Positions 54,228 through 64,000 of a DNA stretch of 64,000 bases are shown one piece after another. The notes under the pieces were generated by a model. It made no database searches. It worked only from the letters and a program-made list of their open reading frames with translations, and was not told the origin of the DNA. Both the position numbers and the translations under genes were made by a program. This stretch comes from Lama guanicoe (taxonomy: Eukaryota), in the NCBI GenBank assembly GCA_013239625.1, contig MU053652.1, forward strand, positions 6,315,902 through 6,379,901. The letters run 5' to 3'. Positions within the stretch are counted from its first letter, which is position 1; each line of letters opens with the position of its first letter.

Positions 54228-54833
54228 TGTGGGTTCTGGCCAGCAGACGTCCCACCGAGACAGAATGAATTACTCAAGACTCTGTGGAACAAAGTCAAGA
54301 GAGCGAGAGGGAGTCAGGAGGCAACTCCACGAGCCTCTCAAATACTCCCATATTTATTGTGTATAATCAAAGGAGGAACGCAGGAATTTAGGGAAGGACA
54401 GGGTAGGATCACAATGAGTACAAAGGCTTTGTTTATTGCTGGTGTTTGGCTCAAGGTCAGAAGACCCTTTTTGGTGCATCATTAATTGTGTTGAGCCTTT
54501 CAGCTTATCAGGGCAGAATTTATGAGAATCAGCTGCTTAACAACTTGGACTCAGGCGGCTGTGCCTGTCTTAGGTTGCCCCCCCTCAGGGGATCTTCCCG
54601 TCACCGGCTAACCAGCCTTCTCACCTCTGAGTCTGCAGCTTTTTATAAGTTGTTTACCATTCCAGCCCAAGGCTGTTTTGGGGATAGAAGACTAACAGCA
54701 GGCACGCCCAGCATTTATAGCCGGGGGCCTGGGTCATTGCTAAAACCTCAAGGCCGTTACTATGCACATCTTCAAGGAGCTAAGCGGCTGGTATTGTTAC
54801 AATTTGTTAATAACCCAATCGTGGGCTCCCACA
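54228..54833 (-). mobile_element. Endogenous retrovirus solo LTR (~600 bp, probably ERV2/betaretrovirus-like)
   Basis: Inverted termini TGTGGG..CCCACA; minus-strand TATAAAAA at 54647-54640 and AATAAA at 54358-54353; more CpG than the flanks. The left end may instead be 54210, where tgtgggttc recurs. Confidence 0.8.
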
Positions 54834-55327
54834 AATATCACTTACTCAAATAAGAATATTTTTCCCTGACAATGAGGAAACAGACTTAGGGAACAGACCT
54901 CAGAACAGACTTCATAGGTAGACACATAAAAGAACATCCATAAAAAAGTTTCTGTTTTTATGGACTTTAAAAAGAAGAACATTTTTATTTACATTAAAAT
55001 CTACTAAGTTCTACTTAATTTAGGATCGGGGGCCTGGGTCATTGCTAAAACCTCAAGGCCGTTACTAAGCACATCTTCAAGGAGCTAAGCGGCTGGGGTT
55101 GTTACAATTTGTTAATAACCCAATCGTGGGCTCCCACAAGTATCACTTACTCAAATAGAATATTTTTCCCTGACAATGAGGGAATAGACTTAGGGAACAG
55201 ATCTCAGAACAGACTTCATAGGTAGACACATAAAAGAACATCCATAAAAAAAGTTTCTGTTTTTATGGACTTTAAAAAGAACATTTTTATTTACATTAAA
55301 ATCTACTAAGTTCTACTTAATTTAGGA
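54722..55327. repeat. Tandem direct duplication, 305-bp period (54722-55026 and 55027-55327)
   Basis: Both copies start cgggggcctgggtcattgctaaaacc and end ctacttaatttagga; roughly ten differences by eye. Confidence 0.98.
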
Positions 55328-57952
55328 ATTAATGATCAAAATTGTGATTGTGTTAAAGGCTGGCACATTTTGAGAGACATCTTAATGAAAGTAGAGCTCA
55401 TTATAAATCCCTCAGAAGAGAATACAAAGAGTAAAACAGTTTTAAAATTATCTTATAAAGAATTTCTCCTAAGATCAACAGGGAAAAGTTTTATAGAAGA
55501 TGCAGTACAAATGCTATTAGCCACCTACTGAATTTTTAGTCTTGCATTTGTTTTGGAGCAGAAACACATCAATAATGTAAGCACAACCCAAATCACTATG
55601 CTTCAGTAATACATTTAAAGAATAAATGTATGTAAATTATATTCCAGTTGACCATTTGTTGAAATATTTATGTATGGAGTGGCATGCAAGGTATGAGAAC
55701 AAAACAGGTAAAGAGATGGAAAGTCAGACTGAACAAATGCTTATTTTAAATATTAATTTAGTAAGAAAATTAATACAAAAACGATTTTATCAAAACTTAT
55801 TAAAAAGAATGAACACCCATTCTTATAACAAAGAAACTACATGGGTGATTTAAGACAATTTGTCACTTATTTTGTTTCTAGAAAGTGTGAGGGTAGGTAC
55901 CTCTGCATCTATGGGTAGTTTTGTTTTGCATTGATTACTTGAAGCAGAGTCTAAGATTTTTCATGAAAGAGTTAATTACATGGGTACACCCATAATTTTC
56001 ACACTTAATTCTACGCTAATTAGTGCAATTGTGACGGAGGTAGCAGAGGGGAGGTGGTTGATCCTCCTATAGCAGAAGGCACTTGTACCAGGAGGCAGAT
56101 ACTTTGAGTTGCTTTTGTACTTAAGAGTTTTGTCAGACTGTGTGAATCGTTTAATCTCTCTGCACCTCAGTTTCTTTCATAATAACGCAGAGAAAAGGAA
56201 CTACATGTTTGTTTCTCCAATATCAGTTATTCGCCTTTATACCTTCAAGATTTTTATCGTATCTAAATGTGCCATTTTTGCTATTATTTCTTAATGAACA
56301 TTATTTTGTCGACTTAGTTTCTAAAACTTATATTTTAACTTTATCCTCAGCCCTAATAGTAACAGCTATGAAATCATATGTATGACATTTGACTTGTATT
56401 TTTTTCTAATTTGCATTAAAAGAAACACATTTTGCTTACATAAAACATGTTTGCCCATGAACAAACCAAAATAATTTCCCATATCACTAGTGATACAACA
56501 TGAAATTTATTTTCAAACTAGAATCTTTCCAAATTATGTTAAAACCTAATTAATATTATAAGATATCTAGGATAATGATGTAGCCTGTTATTTCAAGATG
56601 CAAGTTATTTTTATGTGCTCAAAATAAAAGTCAAAATAGAAAATTTAAGTTTACATAGGTTTTTCATTTTTTATGCTCACGTGAAATAACATGTGTGTAA
56701 CAAAACTTATTATAACATGTTTTTTTTACAACCTGAAAAGATGGTTAGGTGAGTAAAGAACAATTTTCTGAACTATAGGTGGTTTTACAGAGTAACATTA
56801 TATTGTCGCTTCATTTTATTAAGACTAAGCTAACCTTTGACATAGTCTTAGAGAACTAGGGAATCCTAGTTTTGTTGAATTTTATTAATTAAAGATGCTC
56901 CAAATGTTATGCATATTCAAAATCACTACTACGTGTATTCAAATGTAACACAGATATTTCTAAATATGATCATGGGCATTCTTACTTACCACCTAATTTT
57001 AATTACTTATATTTAGAATGCCATATTCTTTTGTAAAGCTCATATTTTAATGAAAACTTCAAACTTCATGAAATCTTATGTAATCATTTTTTTCCAAATT
57101 GCCACATAAAAGCTAGAATTGTCAGGGGGAGAAAAGATCATGAAAAACATTCAAACATCCCTGGGAAGACCTGATTTTAATGCCGTAATAAATAGTTAAG
57201 TATAACATAGTAGCCTTCAGATTTTACTTAGCACCAGACTTCTAGTGCCATCGCTCCATTTGACCCTATAAAAATTCTGTTAATGGCTCTGTTTACTAGA
57301 ATTTATTGCCACCAAGATGGAAAGTCACAATGCTATGAAACTAGTAATGCAGCAATATGCAACCTCAAGCCCTAGAATGTGGCTATATTTTGAAATCATT
57401 AAAATGCAGATGAGGATTAAGCTGAAGACTGATTTTGTGATTGCTTTCAAGATATCTAGTAGTTCTTAAAATATATGTATGGGTGAGTGTGTATAAATAA
57501 CTCACATATTAGTGTCTTTTAAAACTGCTCTGATGAGAAGGGTGTTTTCTTTGCCTGGTGATTTCCCAGTTATTTTAAAAATATTCCATGATTCATCAAC
57601 CAATCAGATAAATTTCTGGTTTTCACTTTTGTGATTATAAATATATAGCCTTCTACATTTTTTTCACTGATTTTCAGGTGTTACTTGTATGAGATACTTT
57701 AATTTAAAATGTTTTGAACTGAGAAATGTTCCCTTTATAACTTTTTTGCATATTATCACGTATCAGATTACTGTGGGGCATTTCAAATCAGTACTTATTG
57801 TTCTAGGCAAACTTCTTTAATGGTGTATATTCATATGCACATATATTAACACATTTTATATGTATATAATCTCTTTGACAGATAGAATTCTTGATTTGTA
57901 TTAACTTGATTTGTAAATCAAGAATTCTGTCAAAGATATGAATTTAAATGTC

Positions 57953-58096
57953 TTTTTAAAAATTTTTTTCAAATCTTTTGGGGGGAGGTAATTGGGTTTA
58001 CCTATTTACTTATTTTTTGGAGGAGGTACTGGGGATTGAACCCAGGACCTCGTGCATGCTAAGCATGTGCTCTACCACTTGAGCTATACCCTCCCC
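57953..58096 (-). mobile_element. Camelid tRNA-Ala-derived SINE (Vic-1 type)
   Basis: Minus strand reads GGGGAGGGTATAGCTCAAGTGGTAGAGCACATGCTTAGCATGCACGAGGTCCTGGGTTCAATCCCCAGTACCTCC (A box, B box, AGC anticodon-like), then an A-rich body and tail. Confidence 0.92.
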
Positions 58097-58499
58097 TAAA
58101 ATATGTACTCTACCACTTGAGTTATTCCCTCCCCTAAGCAGTTTTATATCTATGAACATATTCATTATCCACAGGACAAAGCATAGGCAATATCTCTTTT
58201 ACAGAGACACAAATCTGTTGAATCATATTAAAATCTAAAATTTCAGAAGGGAATTTTAGTTTTTAGGATTGTTATTTCACACACACTTCACACTCAATAG
58301 CCACCCTCTATCTGTTTAAAACGGTTGAGACTTTATCCACTTTCTTCTGCTTCCTGCCTTTGCTTAGCTCACTGCACATTAGTGGCACTAAGCGGACAAA
58401 AGAGGGCCCTTCACAGATCGCTTAGCTCACCTCCACTGCTCTCTGCCTGTTCATCCATATAAGCTGTATTTTCACAAAATGATACAGAGACGTTTATAA

Positions 58500-59010
58500 C
58501 TTGATTTTCTTTACACTCGTTAGAATTGATGATATCATTCCGGGGACATCCTGACATTATATCTCTTTTCACTCTGAATTGTCTCAACCACACCCATGGC
58601 TTCAACTACTATCTGTATTAACCAAGGGCTTTCAAAACTAAATGTTCTTTTCTGACAGCACTTAAGCTGCAGACTCTATTCTGCACTTCTCCTTTGGAAC
58701 ACCTTAAACTGAGTATTTTCTAAAACCACGACCTTCTCTCCTCAGCCTAATCTACTCCTGCCCCACTCTTTCCTTTCAGCGGGATACATTTATCCTGCTA
58801 CCCTTGAATCCTGCCTCTTTTCTGAACTAATGCAAGTCTTCCAGCTGGCTTCTCCGGTTTGTCTTGCATCCTTCAATTCCTTTACCCATACAACAATTGG
58901 AATGTGATTTACCTAAAACACAGTCTTTACTTACCATTCATTACTTTAGAAAAATTACTACATCTCATACATCTATGGATAAAGGCCAAGCTCCATGAAG
59001 TTGCAAACAA
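58500..59010 (+). mobile_element. L2 fragments
   Basis: cccatggcttcaactactatctgta, caagtcttccagctggcttctc, atggataaaggccaagctcc. Confidence 0.6.
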
Positions 59011-59029
59011 GTTTCTATGTTGGGTGAGT

Positions 59030-59460
59030 ACAAGGGCAAACCTGCACACTCCGTTTCCCTGTTTCTCCTCCCAGCTCCCTTCTGCTTCTGGCTATTGTTG
59101 GGGGAAGGGGGAAAGAATTTGAGGAAAGTTGGAAGAAGGGGAGAAGTCAGAAGAGAAGTACCTCCTCCTTCGTCTTTAAAAACGGCTGCAACTCGTTTGT
59201 GGTGCCAACTACCAACAGGATAGCCCTGACTCACCTGTGGCTAGGGTCCCTCCTTTGCAGGACCTCCAGCCATAGGATAGTAACGATTTCTTGCAGTGGT
59301 TAATCTCCGGACTACCTCCCATTCATTTTCTGTCCTCTCCACTCCTCAATCACCTTTTCAACTAATTTGTTATTCTTTAATTTAACTAATCAGAATAAAT
59401 GCCCTTTCACCAACTGAAAACTGCTTTTACTTAACAACTCAGCCAAACAGCTGACCTGAC
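59030..59460. mobile_element. Possible old ERVL LTR (LTR33-like)
   Basis: ccctcctttg..acctccagccataggatagtaacgatttcttgcagtggttaatctccggactacctc motif. Confidence 0.45.
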
Positions 59461-60010
59461 NNNNNNNNNNNNNNNNNNNNNNNNNNNNNNNNNNNNNNNN
59501 NNNNNNNNNNNNNNNNNNNNNNNNNNNNNNNNNNNNNNNNNNNNNNNNNNNNNNNNNNNNNNNNNNNNNNNNNNNNNNNNNNNNNNNNNNNNNNNNNNNN
59601 NNNNNNNNNNNNNNNNNNNNNNNNNNNNNNNNNNNNNNNNNNNNNNNNNNNNNNNNNNNNNNNNNNNNNNNNNNNNNNNNNNNNNNNNNNNNNNNNNNNN
59701 NNNNNNNNNNNNNNNNNNNNNNNNNNNNNNNNNNNNNNNNNNNNNNNNNNNNNNNNNNNNNNNNNNNNNNNNNNNNNNNNNNNNNNNNNNNNNNNNNNNN
59801 NNNNNNNNNNNNNNNNNNNNNNNNNNNNNNNNNNNNNNNNNNNNNNNNNNNNNNNNNNNNNNNNNNNNNNNNNNNNNNNNNNNNNNNNNNNNNNNNNNNN
59901 NNNNNNNNNNNNNNNNNNNNNNNNNNNNNNNNNNNNNNNNNNNNNNNNNNNNNNNNNNNNNNNNNNNNNNNNNNNNNNNNNNNNNNNNNNNNNNNNNNNN
60001 NNNNNNNNNN
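59461..60010. other. Assembly gap (550 N)
   Basis: Run of n. Confidence 1.
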
Positions 60011-62644
60011 TATATTTTTATTCTTCCTGTAAATTAAATTTTTCTCTGGCACCATCCTTGAGAAAGTTTGTACTTTCCTAAGAGTAACTGACATCTCTTC
60101 ATCTGTGCATTACCATAATGCTCTGGAGTAAATTTCGTTTGGCAGTGGAAGTTAAACTCATTTAGAGCAGGGAAGTGGTCTTGCAAAATTTCTTCACTCT
60201 TTTGGATTTCAGTTATTCTTGATCAATGTTGATTTACACTTCAGTCTAAAGTTCAACTCCTTCACAGAGAAGATTGATTCTAATTCCTGTGGTGCAGAAA
60301 TGATGCATCCTGACTTCTTTCCGTGATGAGTGAGCGCACACACACAGACTCACTTAACCTTAATGTTAGATAAAGAACAGTAGTGGAAGGCAACTTTCTC
60401 ATATATCATCTTTCCTCATTAATGGCAATTCTAAAGATTATCAGAGGAGCAGAGTGCCAGTTTTTCCTTAGATTTTCTTTCAGTTTCAAGGCACTGATGA
60501 AAAGAGCTAACAGACTGCTGAAGTTGATGTACTCACTGATCAAGAATTTCATTGTAGGATTTTGATCACCTAAAACATGTAAGACATATTTTTTATGCCT
60601 ATGTAGAAGAACTGAATTTTTGCTTCTAGACAGCATATGTGTGTAAGTGTGTGAAATGCACAGCTATGAAAAATTTCATATCATTCCTAGAGTGATTACA
60701 TGCCTTAAAGAAGTAAGATGTGAAGGAATTACAGGAAAATAAACATTGTTATTGTCCTATATACTCCAGGAACTGCAAAATTTTGGGCACTCCATAAATA
60801 TTGTTGACCAACTAGAGAGTAAATTTCTATTAATGGCTGGCAACATAGTCCACCTTATTTGATTTACTGAACTATGTAAAAAGATAGATTGCATTTAAAT
60901 CTTTGTTATTATACTTAATGCTTTGTTACTTCTGTGTTTAAGCACCTCAAAGTTGCTATAAATTTTTTCCCGGGAAAAATAACCAGCTCTATTTAATTTT
61001 TACTTAAGATAAATAATACCATAAAAATAATTAAAGTAAAATTGAATCAAAAGGTTTTCAATTAATTAAATCTTAGATAATATAAAAGTCATTCCCTGTT
61101 TGTTTCCTTTGCACATGAAAAATCTGTATGTTCTTCAATTTTAGTAATCAGTGGGATCAATGTGTTTGTTTTATTGTCATAGGTGCACCTTATGGTTGTG
61201 TCATATTTACATTGGCAATTTTATTCTATGTTGTTAAGGCAATGTTACAGGTTAAGAGTAACTATCTGAGACCCATGGATCAATATTTTAAGTTGAATTT
61301 CTATTGTATAGTGTCTAGAATGTGGGGATCATTAGGAAATTATGGATCTCTTTGTATTAGTAATAGAGAATCAAAGGCATAAATTTTAAGTTACACAAAT
61401 ACTAAATATTCAGATAATTGTTACTCATTCAAAAGATTCATTTTGTGTTACATAACAACCCTCATACTAGGACATGTATAATAACTACTAAGATAAGATT
61501 TTAATTTTTAATATTCAGATAAATTACAATAAGTCTATACCTTATTTGTTAATTTTCCTGATTTTTTTAAAGAAATGTTTATTCAATACAGAAAATCTGG
61601 ATTACTGAAAAATAAATACTCTTAAAAATCTACCTCCTAAAAACAACTGATTAACAAGTTTAAAATATGCGTATACATATACATATACACACATGCACAC
61701 AGATACTATGTATATTTTTAAAACTTCTTTAGTGACTTGACATTTCAAGGTTTATATAGTTCTTAAATAGATGTGCCTAATTTATTAACAATTTTTAGGT
61801 ATCTTTACATAACAGTAGCTCCAAAGGATGTCAAAAGTCATAATTTAAAAAGATTTACAAGGTCAAATAGTTTAATGCACTGGAGATAAACACAATTAAA
61901 CAGTTTTTCACTGAAAATCTTCTCTGAGGTGTTAATGCACTGTGGCATTGTGAATTTACAAAGAAGACATAATACAGTGCTCCCCAAGTTACTTCTCATG
62001 AAAACCTGCTCTTTTTCCTCAGGAGTATCTCATGCAACTTCAGTTCCTTCAAACATAATTTGGAAAATGGAGATCCAGGCTTCTGGCCAGATCTTCAGAA
62101 AGAGGTTACAGCCTGAGAGTGAATTATTTAAATAACTGATTTAAGTGTTAGTGTGCTGTTCAGGCATCTTAAATATAGTTTATCCTCCCTGGAGAGACCA
62201 ATATTTTGACTTGTGATTGAAAATTTGGCTTTGATGTAATTTTAGTTACATCTTAAGCACTAGTATTAACCCAGTACTGTTTCTGACATGTATTAGGGAA
62301 AAAATTGTGCTGATTATGTAAATATATAGTCATATTTATGATTATAATGAAAATAATGATAATTATGATAAGCAGGAGGAGGTGCTCTGTCATTTAGTTC
62401 ACAAATACTGTAGTAGGAATCTTATATATATTATATTATTTAACCATCTTAAATCATTACCCCCTTGGGATAGGTGTATTTTCCCAATGTATATATTCAA
62501 AAACCAAAGCATAGTATGATTAAGTGGCTCAAAGTTACATGGATAGTAGTAAGATTTCATGTATAATATGGCTGATTCTATAATTTATAAGTATTTTAGC
62601 TGCTGTTTAATCATTATCAATATAAGAATACACAGAGAGAATAT

Positions 62645-63060
62645 ACAGATAGAGGTGCCTCTCCTATTCAAAAGTAGAGAGTTCCTATGAAGTCTTCTCA
62701 TAAACTGAAATGGCTTAACTCGAAGAAGCAATTAGCTTAGGACATCTTGATAATGAACCTACAAGTAAAATGAGATAAAGCATAGATGCTCATAGACACA
62801 GTTCAAAGCTACAGTGGCTGATACTCAGAGGCCGAGTGTAGTTCCCAGGGAAGGGTCTTGGTGGGGCCGCTTTAGCTGCTTGGATGTGTGCTGGCTCTGT
62901 TATGTTCCCTGCAGGACAAATTCTGAAGGCTGTTCTTGCTTTTAGCTTTTTTTTTGTTGCTGTTGTTAGAAGAGAAAATACTCTTCAGATTTATTTAGAT
63001 AAGCAAAAAACGGGTACTAATGCAGGTATTTCCTAAAAGCAAGGTGGCATAAAATGACCA
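62645..63060. mobile_element. TcMar-Tigger-type non-autonomous DNA transposon remnant
   Basis: attcaaaagtagagagttcctatgaa..gaaatggcttaactcgaagaagcaatta..gatgctcatagacacagttcaaagcta..ggtactaatgcaggtatttcctaaaagcaaggtggcataaa; subfamily not assigned. Confidence 0.65.
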
Positions 63061-64000
63061 TACCAGTAGTATTGAGCTACTTAGAATGATGGATTCATGC
63101 AAAATCACTAAATTGGATTATTAAAGAGTTCACAAATCTCATTAATGAAAGTGGAGGCTAAGTTCTAGAAAGTTCAAATGACTGAATTGCTCAAATTCTG
63201 ATTGATAACTTCAAAATAATCATTCACATATTTTCCTGTAACCCCTCTTCCAGAAGGTAAACTATTTTAAAACAACTTGCATCAGGAATTTTGCATATGT
63301 GAAACTCCTGCTTCACAGGTTTTGAAAAAGCCAAACCCTAAGAAGAGAGTCTATTACAGGCACTGTGAACCGTGGTGGAGGGGGTTTGTGAGAAGCAGGA
63401 GGAAAGGGAAAGGCACTTCCCCTGTTCTGCCGAGGGTAATGATGTAAGACACTTTATTCCAATTCTGAGAAATTAGGCAGTGGGAAGTCAGGTATATTAG
63501 TTATATAATAGATTTCAAGTGACTGAACCTTAAGCACTGAGGTTTCCTGCCTCCATAAATATCTCTTTATCCAGCAGAAGTAAAGGAAGCACACTGCCAC
63601 AGGATGCCAAGGGACCACTGTGCCTAGAAGGTTGGCGATATCAGTGGGAGAAATAGGACTCATTTGAGCAGTGCTCTTCAGCTGTGGGTCATGAACCTTT
63701 AATAGCTCATATGCATTGCATATGTGGATTATATACAGAATTTTTATTGAATTAAAAAAAATTCACTAAATTAATAGGGTCTAACAACTCTAATGGGATA
63801 AATATATCATAAAAAATTGTTTCACTTTTGTTAAAAGTTTGAAAAATGCTGTATTACTTGTCTTCACTATTTTCTGGGACCATGTGGTACTCATAATTGT
63901 AGAGAACACTAAAAAGTGGAAAATGAAATCTCCTTCCAGATGAGTGGAATGGGAGCAAGGAGGAGTTAGATTATTTTGTAAATGTATATGTATGAGCTGA

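Noticed and set aside
54446..54853. 135-aa ORF in the LTR as a retroviral accessory gene
   Set aside because: Antisense to the LTR, non-ATG start, runs past the LTR end, no recognisable homology.
58022..58096. tRNA-Ala gene
   Set aside because: The tRNA-like head continues into a SINE body and A-rich tail; it is a tRNA-derived SINE.
59390..60094. 234-aa minus-strand ORF
   Set aside because: Artefact of translating through the 550-N gap.
1..64000. Remaining 60-130 aa ORFs, and prokaryotic-type systems (CRISPR arrays, operons)
   Set aside because: The short ORFs are chance or repeat-derived with no recognisable domains. The DNA is mammalian and has no regularly spaced repeat-spacer array.

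Overview
Mammalian, AT-rich, repeat-dense genomic DNA. It is most likely camelid, based on a tRNA-Ala-derived Vic-1-type SINE at ~58.0 kb and camelid/artiodactyl-type L1 3' ends. I find no intact protein-coding gene. The only recognisable protein homology is a near full-length, disabled processed pseudogene of CNDP2 (cytosolic non-specific dipeptidase, M20 family) at ~14.55-16.65 kb, plus L1 ORF2 remnants. The rest is old and young transposon debris (L1, L2, MIR, MaLR/ERV LTRs, hAT and Tigger elements), microsatellites and a 550-N assembly gap. The best candidate for an unannotated functional unit is on the minus strand at ~28.1-26.7 kb: a TATA/GATA/ETS promoter followed by two short, well-formed ATG-less exons and possibly a third. 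Other notable structure is a set of local templated rearrangements: a 31-bp filler at the retrocopy junction, a ~120-bp inverted duplication around a chimeric L1, a 305-bp tandem duplication at an ERV LTR end, and a hairpin beside a SINE with a duplicated head. Repeat family names come from recalled consensus motifs, not from a database search, and most boundaries of old repeats are approximate. I see no convincing evidence of a wholly new multi-gene system.
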